Below, in pieces: positions 10,551 to 22,790 of a DNA stretch of 64,000 nt. The notes under the pieces were generated by a model. That model did not search any database, had not been told where the DNA came from, and saw only the letters and a program-made list of their open reading frames with translations. Each line of letters begins with the position of its first letter. Position 1 is the stretch's first letter. Both the position numbers and the translations under genes were made by a program. Source of the DNA: Felis catus (lineage: Eukaryota); assembly GCF_018350175.1 (NCBI RefSeq), contig NC_058368.1:48610001-48674000 (forward strand). Direction: 5' to 3'.

Positions 10551-13500
10551 GGTCCTCAACCAAAAAAAAAAAATAAGTCAACACAGATGACTCCCACAAC
10601 TCCAAGAAATCTGAAATCCTGACTAGTTAGTCACTTGATTCTATCTGAAATCTCATCTTGATCTTATTTTCTAACTCTTCTCTTTACTGGGAAATTCTAT
10701 TTTAATCTATTTGCTAAATATAGACTATATACACACAGGCCTAACGTTGCCATAAAAAGTGATAGGAGAGCAGAAATGGGTCATTATCTTTTTATTACAA
10801 ATAAAAAAAAGGGAAGAGGTTTTCCTAAAATAAGTTGGTAATTGTCACAAGAGATAAAATTGATACACCCATACATGTATTTATATTTACACTTAAACAC
10901 ATACGTCTCAAACAAATGGTCTGAGTTGGAAGCAACTGGCCACAGAGCCAGTGAAAGAAATGGAAAAGCAGAGCCCTAGCATATGGGAGATGGCCCACCC
11001 TAAGAGGAGAAGAAAAGAAGAGGTAGGAAACCACCAAGGCAGACAATCCCAGAGCTGTCACCAGGAGGTGTGGCCAGCTCTCCTACAGCCAGAGAGGGTG
11101 CACGGGGCACTGGATTATTTAGCAGTACATGCCGAGGCAGGAAAATGTGAGAAATTAGGGTTGGAATAACTGAGGCCATAAGAAAGTCTTTAAAAGTCCT
11201 TAGGATAATCGCCTTTTACATTTTTTTTTTAATTAAAAACATAAAGGCAACATCCTCAATAAGTCAAACTTTTGACAGGATTCTTACCAATTTTAAATTA
11301 GTAATACTGTTGCTACGGGATGAATTCTTCATTTCCAAACCCTTACTAACTGGAAATTTTTCAGGATCCCCCTCTCTCTCTCCTCCCCCTTCCTCCGGTT
11401 ATGCTGCTTTCTTATGCATAATACATGGCTAATTATCTCCTGCAAAAGTGACTTAATATGCAGAAATGCCCTAAGGGGGAGCTCACCACTGCTGAAAAGG
11501 TACACAAAATAAATCCATACATATAATTTCAACAAGGCAAATCCTCCTTTGGGAACGGGTCAATGTTCAAAACATTCAGAAATGTAGATTTTACCAGGTA
11601 TTTTGTCTGTTTCATTGGAAATTATGTTTAACTCTCTAACATTCACTATTTAGGCATCATCCTGGTCTTAAAACAGATGATTCAGTAAGACTTATTGCTG
11701 TGAAAAGCCACATCATGTTTTTATTCTTTACTAATGACAACAACCAACCAATGTCAGGCATGTTTTATTCATCTAACAGAATCATGAAATGTGTATATGT
11801 TTCTATTCCCATACCATTAACTCTCTGTATGAAGGCTTCAGACTGAAAAGAGGTTTTTGGCTATGAAGTAATTCCATTTCATTTTAAACTCTCTTCAGAT
11901 GACAAATATATTCATCATAAATCAGTACAATTACTACAGAACTATCACAGAATGCAGTTGGGTTTTTGGTGTTGAAAATCAGATTTCTCCATCAAGAAAT
12001 TATGGAAAACAGGTCTTTTTAACTTACACATCCCCGGTAATCAAAGATCTGTATGTTTAAATCAAAGTAGGAAACAGATCAATATAACTTTGCATCTCTT
12101 CGTGTAATTAGACTACAAAATAAAATTTCCTCTTTTCTGGGAAATTTCTTTTTCTTGGGGAAAATGCTTCCAATTTTAACATTTTAAGAAGATAAAAGTC
12201 TACTCCTTTAACTATTTCCTCAGCAAAATCAGAATAAACTGTCTGGACTGCAAACCACGTGGAAACCCTCTGGTCTTTTCTTTCAGCTTCCCCTGGAAAA
12301 GTAACAAAAACTCCATCCCTGGTCCCTAAGCCCATCTGCTCTCCTTGCTCAGTGTCATGGCCTGCACGTTAAACACAAGTGTCAGGCAGTCATAAAATCT
12401 CAACAATTCCAAACTCTTTGGGGATCAAACATAAAATGACATTCTGTTGAGTGGGAAATCCCATGACCTGTGGCCATGTCTTACTGGGGTTTGACATGCT
12501 GGAAAAGAAAAACACAGCCTGCCTTTAAAACGAGGTCATTCTTACATGGAATTTGGTTGTAAAAAAAAAAGACCTTACAAACCTCATATTTATGTTGGCT
12601 AAAATATCTTTTCATGCATACATAAACTTCAAGAAGGAATTTCAGAAATTTTAGCATTTCTTTTGTACTGCTCAGTTCTTGTGGGCTAAAGCAACTTGTA
12701 TATAGTCAAAGTAACACAAAAAGGCAAGTAGTCCCTGCCAGTGATGGATGCAGGCACTCTACTCCCATTCAGCCCGTCCCGAAAGAAGATGGGTACCTAA
12801 TCACTACCGGACAAATCCCACAAAGGCAGCGGCACGTTACGGACGCCTAATACATCACACCGGAGGTCTCCGCACGGGTAGGACACATGACAGAATGCAA
12901 TGATTTAGAATGCACTCCAATTTTTAGGCAAGTCAGTGTTAGAGCCAGAAGCAGGATAAATGAAAACTTTCTAAGACACATGTTTCTGAGATTTATAATC
13001 AGGTAGAGATAGAGAAGGGGAAGGAGATTAGACAAGTGTTTAGACTTTTCCATCAAAACGTGGAATGGGAAAAAGATTTTAACACCTGCCACTTCCTTCG
13101 CAATTGTGAAGAAAGATGACTGACAATTCTCATGGGTTTTCATTACCATCAAGATCCAGCACCTTCCAAGTCTGCTACTACATAGCTGTGTCAAGCAAAC
13201 CCTATCTCGGAGAAAAAGTGCTTTCAGGGAAAGGCTATGCAGAGAAAAGGGAGGCATGAAAAGAAAAAAGTGTTTTGAATTAAACTCAAAGATCAGTTGA
13301 GTGTCAGGAGTATATTCACTTTGACTTGTTACTAATAAGGTCATAAAACTGCTACTCACATCTGGAATGATCAGGCATTTGACTTGATAGCATACTCACA
13401 TTGCTTTTATCAAGAATAAAAAAGAGACGACTTAATATAATAAATCCTAGTCTATTAATTCTACTCCTGTCTGAGGAAATAAGGGTCCTGAAAGTTGACA

Positions 13501-13737
13501 GTTGATGGTAAGTCCACGTCTCTAAGAAACTTTTAGCAGAAGAAGCTACAAACAGGACATGGTATTCTTGAGATAGTGATACAGGAGATTTCTGTAAAAT
13601 GACTAGGGGTTGGGGGGGTGGTATGTCAGGAGGGAGAAAGAGAGGAAAAGGAAGGAGAAAAGGCAAGGAGGGAAAGAAGGAAGAAAGAAGAAAGGATAAT
13701 AGAAACAACACTAGCTTTGGTGTAAGATCCAGAAAGA

Positions 13738-14160
13738 GGTACACCTAGGTGGCTCAGTGGCTCAGTTGGTTAAGGGTCTGACTCTTCTTTGTTTTACATT
13801 TTTTTTTAAAGTTTATTTATTTTTGAAAGACAGAGACTGAGCATGAGCGGGGGAGGGACAGAGAGAGAAGGAGACGCAACCCGAAGCAGGATCCAGGCTC
13901 TGAGCTATCAGCACAGAACCCAACGTGGGGCTCGAACCCACGAACTGTGAGATCACGACCTGAACCAAAGTTGGACGCTCAACCGACTGAGCCATCCAGG
14001 TTCCCCAAGTGTCCAACTCTTAATCTCGGAACACATCATGCTGGAGCCCCGCAATGGGACTCTCTGTCTCTCTGTCTCTCTCTGCCCCTGCCCCGCTCAA
14101 ATGCACTCTCGCTCTCTCTCTCCCAAATAATAATAATAAACTTTAAAAAAAAAAAAAAAA
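13738..14160 (+). mobile_element. Can-SINE split by an oppositely oriented SINE
   Basis: Head at 13738-13786, body resumes near 14008; TSD aagatccag on both sides. Confidence 0.85.
13787..14007 (-). mobile_element. Can-SINE (nested, inverted)
   Basis: Complete reverse copy inside the head of the + SINE. Confidence 0.92.
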
Positions 14161-14174
14161 GATCCAGTGAGAGA

Positions 14175-14346
14175 GCTTAGAGCTGATGAGTACAGGCACG
14201 CTTACTGTAGACATCTCTACACAGTCCCATAACTGCACTTCTATAGCCTGAAATCCATCATGGTCAGTGTATTTATATCAAGGAAATCAGCACATGCGAC
14301 TAACCAGGGCTTTTTATTCCAGATACTGTTTACCAGTACACCACTG
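14175..14346 (-). mobile_element. hAT DNA transposon (MER53-like)
   Basis: Reverse complement begins 'cagtggtgtactggtaaa...aaaagccctg...gatttccttgatataaatac...ccatgatggatttcaggcta', resembling recalled MER53 consensus. Confidence 0.7.
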
Positions 14347-15721
14347 CTTATCTCCAAATTACAATGTCAAGTGACAGACTTGTACCAATAAAACGTAAAT
14401 GCTATCATCTACCTCAAAGGTTTCATATGAAAATTAAATACAATAATGCAAAAGTCCATAAAGGACATGAACTTTAGATAGCCAATGCTATTTACGTTTA
14501 AGAATCAGCCATCAAGTGCAAATTATAGAAACCAACCTCTAAGAATTTCACCAGTAATGACGTCTCCTTAATGGCAGCACTAGCCAGACCACAGGCCTAA
14601 AATAGTTGAACAGTAGCAGCCAGATGAGTAGTGAAGTTTAGAAACCAACAAATAAACAAAAAGGGACATAGTTATGATCACAGGAAGGCTAGCGAAGTAG
14701 GCAAACTTGACAAGGAAACCAGCACTAAATGAAAAGTCAACACAGTGGCATTCATTCCAAACCTTCCGTGTGAAATAGAACTATATTAAATCTGATGTGT
14801 TTTTATGTCTTCACAGATATTTTAAATACGCTGGCACTATATAAGAAATGGCCACAAAGGAATAGTGCTAGAAAGCACTGGAAGTATTAACAACCACATA
14901 GCTCTCGGTCAACGTTAGAAGCACAACCCAAATATCAAGTCTACATTAAAAACAGTGAATTGCAAGACCAAGAGGAACACACCTTCATGAAACCATCACA
15001 AAATACAATGGTGACATTCACCACAGACAGAATTTCAGAAAAAAGAATACAACTTACTGTATGCACACATTTCTACATACAAAAGAATATTATTCCCTAG
15101 CCAGATAAATATCCATACATACATATGTCCACATACACACACATTAAGTCACCTCTCTACAAAATTGGTGGGTGCTCCTCACATTCCTAATTAAATAGCC
15201 ACCCCCTGGCTACACTACCTCTCTGCGTCCCCACCTCTGCCAGATGACATTTTTCCCGTTGTTTTCTCCCTTTGTAGAATCCACTTGTCTTCTGTACTTT
15301 TCTCAACTCTACATTTTCTTTCTTGTTTCCTTAATGTGCTGGGTCCAAGACTGGTTTTCCAGTCGTAGAAAAGACAATGAATGGTACATAGAAAAAAAGG
15401 GAGAACGTAAATCTAAAAAGCACACCAACCCCCAACCCTACTCAGATACAGCCACTAGTGACAACTCTAATCCCCCAACACACCCAACCCCACACACCTC
15501 ATTGGCCCCCTCTTTCTCGAAGATGTTCAGGGAAGCCATGCATTGTGAAGAAGGAAGAATCAGATCATGAATTTGTCTTTGTTCTGTTGAAACCAACTTT
15601 ATCTAAATCTATCCACTGCACATGCGCACACAAACACACACACACACACACACACAACCTCAAAAAGTCTTAAATCTTAAGTATCCCTGCTATTCAGTGG
15701 AACATAAAGACTTGTAGAGCC

Positions 15722-16118
15722 ATATTTCTTGACTTCAACTACATATTAAAATTCACTAGGAGCTTCTGAATCTCCTCCTGAGCCATCTGAATGCCTGACC
15801 TATAATAACAAGAGAATCTGTGGGGTTGGCACTCAGGTAGCCACAGGTTTTAAAAGCCACCCAGGACACCTGGGTGGCTCAGTCGGTTAGGTATCTAACT
15901 CTTGGGTTCAGCTCAGGTCATGATCTCACAGTTTTGTGAGTTCGAGCCCTGCATCAGGCTCTGTGCTGGTGGCGTGGAGCCTGCTTGGGATTCTATCTCT
16001 CTCTTTCTCTCTCTGCCCCACTCATACTATCTCTGTCTCTCTCAAAAATAAACTTAAAAAAAAAATTTAAAAAGCTACCCAAGTGATCCTAATGTGGAGC
16101 CAGAACTGAGAACCACTG
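15722..16118. mobile_element. MER5-family hAT-Charlie element (interrupted by SINE)
   Basis: Ends 'gtgatcctaatgtggagccagaactgagaaccactg', the MER5 terminus. Confidence 0.7.
15864..16066 (+). mobile_element. Can-SINE
   Basis: Full body; TSD aaaagc(c/t)accca. Confidence 0.92.
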
Positions 16119-16127
16119 CTCTAGACC

Positions 16128-16284
16128 TAATTCTCAACCTTAGCTGTATACTCCCAGGTTCCCTTGGGAGGCTTTTAAACAGACAAATGCCCAGACCCCA
16201 TCCTAAAGCAACAAAATTAGAATCTCCAGGGAACGGAAACACTTTCCCTGATACTAAACTAAAGCTGAGACTGAAAAACCAATG
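16128..16284. mobile_element. Second MER5-family element
   Basis: 'ttctcaaccttagctgtata...aaatgcccagaccccatcc...aattagaatctcc'. Confidence 0.65.
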
Positions 16285-16504
16285 TTCTCTGATCTAGTGA
16301 TCATAAGCTTTTTTTTTTTTTTTTTTGGAATTCCTTTAACTATTATAACCTTCCCTATTTTACATTCAACTTTTATACTGTTTCCAGTAGTACTAACCCT
16401 TAAGGAACACATATTAAAATTACTTCATTCAACACTTGCCTCAAAAACAAGCCTGTAGTAGAGAAACTCAGGACTGAACTTTCCCTCTTATTGGCCGATG
16501 GAGG

Positions 16505-16990
16505 AGATTCCTGGGGCTGCTGTAAGAAGTACCACAAGTTAGGTGGCTTATAACCACAGTGGCTTATTCTTTCACAGTTCCGGAGGCTTGAGTGCAAAAT
16601 CAAGGTGTAATTAGAGCCATGCTCTCCCTGAAGGCTCTAGTGGAGAATGTGTTCCATGCCTTTATCTTAGTTAATGGTGTTGCCAGAAATCCTTGTCGTT
16701 CCTTGGTTTGAAGACACGTCACTTCAATCTTTGCCTCCACCATTACATGGTGTTCTCCCTATGTGTCTATGTCTCTTCTAAGGACACCAATCATATTGGA
16801 TTAAAGACTCAACCTACTCCAGTACGACATCAGCTTAACTAATTACATCTGCAACAACGCTATTTTTTGTACGACATCAGCTTAACTAATTACATCTGCA
16901 ACAACGCTATTTCCAAATAAGGTCACATTCTGATGTTCCAAGAAGGAACATCAGAATTTTGGGTGGAGAGACACTGTTCAACCCAGTACA
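16505..16990 (-). mobile_element. MaLR solo LTR (MLT1-type)
   Basis: 'gctgctgtaagaagtaccacaagttaggtggctta...cacagttccggaggc...ttccaaataaggtcacattctga...tgttcaacccagtaca'. Confidence 0.88.
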
Positions 16991-19900
16991 GTGGAAAAGA
17001 GGGGGGAAATAGCGACTATAGGTAAGAAGCATCAGCTGTTGACAGTGAGCAGGTAGATTAGCCAAGTTTCTAGGAACCTCAAAGAAAATAAAAGGGGTAT
17101 AGAAAATACAGTCAGAGTCAAGAGTGTCCCTAAGAGACTGATCTAGAAAGAGATTTCAAGCCCTAACAGTTTATCACCACCAATGCAATGGAACCCTTCT
17201 TCCAATGTCCAGCTTTTAAAATAATAAGTTCCCTATGGCTTAGAAATTCTTATATTCATATTTCTGCTGTCAGTGCTATAGCAATGCCCCAAAATTTTCA
17301 TATAAAAATCCAAGCATTTTCCAATAGATACACCGTCATATATAAGATTATAATCATAGTACCATATTGTAAAGGGAAAGGGCCATTATAGAGGCAATGT
17401 GCTTTGTAGAATAAACAATCTCTAACAAACTCATACCCAATCACCAACCATATTTCAGAGAAAATACTTCCTGAATTCCAACTTCATATTCTAACCAATA
17501 CCCAGCCAGATAGTAAACTCTCCTTGATTTAGCACCTTGTGTCCATTTAACGGTTTATACCTTTAATTGTCTTTCACTAGCTATAGATGCAACAGATGTT
17601 TTTGTTTTCCCAATAACCAAAGCAATAGACGAATACACGTATCATTTTGTCAAACTCAAAAATTTCTTTGTGATATGCTAACAGCCCCGGTGATAAAAGC
17701 AGCAATCAGCTGGCCTACAGCAGGAAGAGTGCATGGACATTTGAGAGAATGAACATGTAGACGATACATGCAGTACAAAGTTTCCAATGAAATTTTTGGT
17801 CTCCAGATGTATTTCATCTTCTTTGACTTTACAAGTATCTTATAAAAGAATTGGCAATATAAACAAGTTAGTGCTATTCATTTAAACACTACTTTAAAGA
17901 GATGAAATTATTTATTTTAGGCAAATTTGTTTTTATGAATGAAAATACGTTAAGAAAAATAAAAAGTTTAAAACGCAGGAAATTGGTAAAAGGCCCAAGT
18001 AATTAGATTTTTATAGATTAAATTATTTAAGCTTCAATAAATTTCAAACATTTGAGACTCTACACAAAACAGCACCCACCTCCCTGACTCTTCCCAAACT
18101 TTAATAACTCAGTGTCTAACTACATTAAGTTCTCAGCATAAATAAGGTGAAAGAAATCTCCCTTTATAACATAGCTCAAAGAGAAAAAAATCTCTTCTGT
18201 TTACTAGGCTGACATTTACTTTGATCTCTTGCAGACCCTTTCAGGTAACAACTTATATATATAATAGAGTTAAAAAGCAAGTAAACTCCTTTGGGAATTT
18301 AAAATACCTTAGAAGTCATGAGCAAATGCAAATAAACTGAAAACACAAGAAGGCATCTCTATTGCTTGCCTTTGCTAAGTTTGACAGCAGTGTTTTAAAA
18401 TACAGGTGAGGAAATCGTTCAATTTGGCTCTGGTACTTGGAAAGAAGCTGAAAGCAGTTTAATAACTAGAGTAAGCTGAAACCATATGTCTAAAAAAACA
18501 AATTCAAAGACAGCAAAAGGAAGCGCCTTTATGCAAATGTCATTCCATCCCAACTACTTCTATTTTCCAAGAAGAATAATCTGTGCTGCTGACCTACCCA
18601 GAGGAAGGATCCAAATCCATCCGATGCCCCATCTACTGCTATAGCTTCAAAGTCGGTTCTTAATTGCGCAACTAACAGGCTATAAACATTAGTAAATTAC
18701 ACACGTTGGACATTTCAGTTTCTTCATAGGTTAAAAAAAAAATCCATGAATAGTCTAAGTAGCTGCAAAGGTTCTGATATTTCATTGCCACGTGGTTATG
18801 TAACCCCTAATAATTTACTAACATATACTGAGCATGAAAGATACTCCAGGGAATTGAGAATCACACAAATTCATGCTCTGCCTTTTCATAAACAGTCATT
18901 GTCATAACTACAAAATAATGTAGATTATATCATCAATCAATAAGCAATGAATAAGGCAATGAAATGCACTGGACTGATGTGAGGAGATAAACAAATGTCT
19001 ATAGATAAACAGTTAAATGAAGACATCAAGCATGCACATCAGGCATCCAATTTGATTACTGCCACATACAATCAGTCTTCCAGAGTCCCCATGATAGGAA
19101 AGAAAATAGTATTTGGAAAAATGCAAATGTGACTCCCTTAAATAATTTAGATTTGCTAAAATGGTCCCAGTAAAACAGCTGAAGTTTGGGTACCCTTATT
19201 CAAAACATGACTTTATTAATAACTGTCAAATGAAACATTTCGACAAATGTCAATTTCATATTTTTATTTTTATATTATTATAAATGATTACACATGGATT
19301 GCAAATGCAGCTTAAAAAACTATCTTTAAGACTTTAAGGAAAAAGAAGAAATGATTTTGACATTAGAGGAAAAACAGGTTTAAAGGAACTTGGCAACAGT
19401 TCAACTACCAAAATATATGTGTAAAAAATAAAGAAAGGCGGAAGAGGAAAGAAAACCAGTTATTTTAATTCCAAAAAAAAAAAAAAAGTGAAAGATTTGC
19501 AAATCAACTTCTTTTTTAGCTTCATGCTTTTTTAAATTAAACTTCATATAATTCTCCTTGAAGCTTAAATTACATAGTGAATAAGAATCGCCTTAGACAC
19601 TAAAAATGGCTAAAAGGTCCATTTTATGTCATGTACATTTTACCACAATTAAAAAATAAAAATAAAGAGAGATTTAAAGGTTGATGTGTTTATAAAATAG
19701 GGAAGGAATGGTTTACATCTCTGCAACTCACATATACTTGCACATATTTCCAAGTTAGACACAGTCATGTGAAAATACACAGATTTAACTCTACTTTTGC
19801 TGTTGGAGGACAAGTATCAGGTGTTATTCATCTTTGAATTTCCAATATTTAGAAAAGTGCTTTGCACAATATGGAAAGCTGGAACCTGCCAAATAAATAA

Positions 19901-21671
19901 CACATACAAAGAAAATGGCTGAAACGGTAAATTTTATGTTCACTTGACCTGGAAGCAAATATCACTATCATTCACCCTGGTTTCTATCCAGGTAAATCTA
20001 AACATCAGTTCTAATCTTCTGTCATTTGTTTTCTGGGATACGCAATTTTTAAATTTCCTAACCACTCTAGGACCCACGGGAGGCCAAACGGTGTAGAAAG
20101 GAGGAACCCATTTGTGCACCATGTCGATCAGCTTGTCCCACAATGAAGTCAGGTGCCCTGTGAAACTTGTCAGGTTCTTTCCTGTGTGAATCGCCACCTA
20201 GAAATGTCAGGGGCCTGCCTTGGGTTTCTGACAGGAAACAGTGCCACACCGAAGTGCAAATTCACACGGAGGGGAAGCTACGGGGGCCGAGACTGCATCC
20301 ACAGCACAGCAGACAGAACAAGCAAGTCAGGGCTTTACTTGAAAATAAAATGGAATCAAGAATCACCAAAGAAACGGGCAATGGCAAAGAGATGGAAAAT
20401 TAGTTTGACCAAAAATACAAATCAACTGTGTATCAGTAAACCTAAGGATAGCTTTTCTCTCAGCTAACAGAGGAATATGCCAAGAAGTTTGAAGGCAATG
20501 GAAACTCAAAGCAAATCTATTCCCTTCATACTTTCAGGGCTTCCTCCCTATCCTCCCTACTGCGCTTTTTTTTTCTCTCTCTCTTAAGCTCTCACACTCT
20601 CCTCTTTACCACCCTCACCCCCCTTTTTCTCCATCTAATTATGCATCTCAAGGAAATTCCCTTACTCCATTATGTACATTCATTTTCCAAGTCCACCCTT
20701 TGGGGCTGGGGAGGGGAGAAGCTTGAGAGGAGAGGTAAATACTTAAGATCTGTCCTCCTACAACTTGGGTAAAAGGCAAAGCAAGCTAAGGAGAAAAACT
20801 CTGTATATTTGGTTTTAATAGTAAAACTCAAGATAAAGATCCCCTAAGGCTATTTTTAAATGCCCATAAAACCAAAACAGCGGTTTCCAATTCTTCATTT
20901 GGTGACTGGAGCTTTAGATAATAAGAATTTAAAGTAAACGTTACATTAAGTCAAACAATCAGTAATTGGATCTATAAGCCGGAAATGAATTTTTAAAGGC
21001 TGGTTTTTGTTTTGTTTTTAAACTTCAAGGACTTTAAAATTTATCTGTCCTTTGTAAAGAAATAAGAAAAAGTGAGATATCACTTGGAATCAATTAAATC
21101 AGCCAATTTAAAACTAATGCCCATTACATCCATTGATAGGAAGCGATAGAAACGACCTTATTCCTGGGTTGCCTCTGGCAACACCAACTACCCAGAACCC
21201 TTTTACAAGCACTTATGTTTCAAGAATCAAAATAGTTGACAGTCTTTGACACACTAGTAACATTCCTGAATTAATCCTCTTTCCTCCCTTAAAAAAAAAA
21301 GGAAGGAAAAACCGCATGTGTAAAAAGCTCATTGAAACACTATTTGTAACCTAAAAACTAGAACCAGTTCATGAAAAGGAAATGGCCAATTATGGTAAAT
21401 CAATGTAATAAGACTATTATGTTGCCATTTATAAGCTACAATCAATAAAAATAGGAAAAAAGCAGTATTAAGTAAAAATGACCTGCATATGAAGAAGAAT
21501 TAATAAAATATATGAAAACATTTGTTAAGTGTAGTGTGGTGTTCTGCATAAAGTTTTTCCCCATCTTAATTTGCATTACTGATAAAACTTTGTAATGTTT
21601 TCCTAAGAAACTAGAGATACAATATAAATTTTTGTAAGCATATTTCCTAATATTAGTTTTAAATATTAATA

Positions 21672-21791
21672 GGGGTGCCTGGTGGCTCAGTTAAGCATGT
21701 GACTCTTGATTTTAGCTCAGGTCATTATCTCACAGTTATGAGATCAAGCCTCACATTGAGCTCCACACTGACAGCTCAGTGCCTGCTTGGG

Positions 21792-21847
<56 letters not shown>

Positions 21848-21910
21848 CCTCCCCTGCTTGCGAGCACACACACTCTCTCTCAAAATAAACTTTAAAAAGT
21901 AATAAAAAAA
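21672..21910 (+). mobile_element. Can-SINE
   Basis: Head, long (CT)n, tail; TSD atattaat. Confidence 0.92.
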
Positions 21911-22183
21911 TATATTAATCTATTTCAGATAGCAACGTTTATTGAAAAGAATATAAAGATTAATAAGGTCACTCCTAGAATGTCTTAATATGATAAATAA
22001 TACAACAAACATGGTTCTTACGTAGAAATGCATCAAGATTTTAAAATGTCCAATTAGTCCTCACCTTAACAGGAATTTAGAAAGCACTGTGCTAGGTGCT
22101 GCAGAGAATTACAACGTATATGAGAATCACATCATTATATAAGCTTATTTTATATATATAAAATAAAGTGAGAACATTTTCAA

Positions 22184-22425
22184 TTTTTTTTTAAGTTTAT
22201 TTATTTATTTTGAGAGAGAGAGCAAGCATGAGCTGGGGAGGGGCACAGAGAGACAGAGAGAGGGAATGAAAGAATCCCAAGCAGGCTTCATGCTGTCAGT
22301 GCTGAGCCCGATGTGGGGCCAGAACCCATGAACTGTGAGATCATGACCTGAGTCATGATCATGATTGAGTCACCTGAGTCAATCAGGAGTTAGATGCTTA
22401 ATCGACTAAGCCACCCAGGTACCCC
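22184..22425 (-). mobile_element. Can-SINE with a small internal duplication
   Basis: Reverse copy; repeated 'tgagtca'/'tcatga' pieces at about 22340-22385. Confidence 0.9.
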
Positions 22426-22539
22426 TCAAAAATTTTTTAAAAGGAACGTAAGTTACATGACCAATTACAAAACTCTAGAAAAATAACCCGCAATAATAGA
22501 TGACATATAAAAAAGGAGTTCACAATTTTCACTAACATT

Positions 22540-22790
22540 AGTAGTAGTTAACATTCCCTGAGTACTGATTTCCAGACACCTTGCTAAATGTTTTACCCAG
22601 TTACCACTTCATACAAGACTACTAACTAGATGCTCTTAGTAACTGCACTTTTTAGATGAGGAAACTAAATGTCCCATAGGAAATAAAACTTGTCCAAGGT
22701 TACATGGAGGACATCCAACCAAAAATACAGGGTGAACCTGGGACTTGAACCAAGTTCTGATCCTTTCTTGCTTACTTTCTCCATAGCTGA
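22540..22790 (-). mobile_element. MIR
   Basis: 'cactttttagatgaggaaacta...acttgtccaaggttaca...ctgggacttgaacc'. Confidence 0.8.

Noticed and set aside
12847..13744. Adjacent 170-aa and 130-aa minus ORFs
   Set aside because: Leu/Phe/Ser-rich composition typical of T-rich non-coding DNA; no recognisable domain or exon structure.
18598..18679. 82-nt minus exon-like segment (LLVAQLRTDFEAIAVDGASDGFGSFLW)
   Set aside because: Weak polypyrimidine tract, not frame-preserving, unrecognised peptide.
20190..20205. CTCF-like ctaggtggcg on minus
   Set aside because: Lacks the conserved 5' CC of the core motif.
22145..22166. 22-bp perfect AT palindrome
   Set aside because: Low-complexity, centred on (TA)n; no supporting context.
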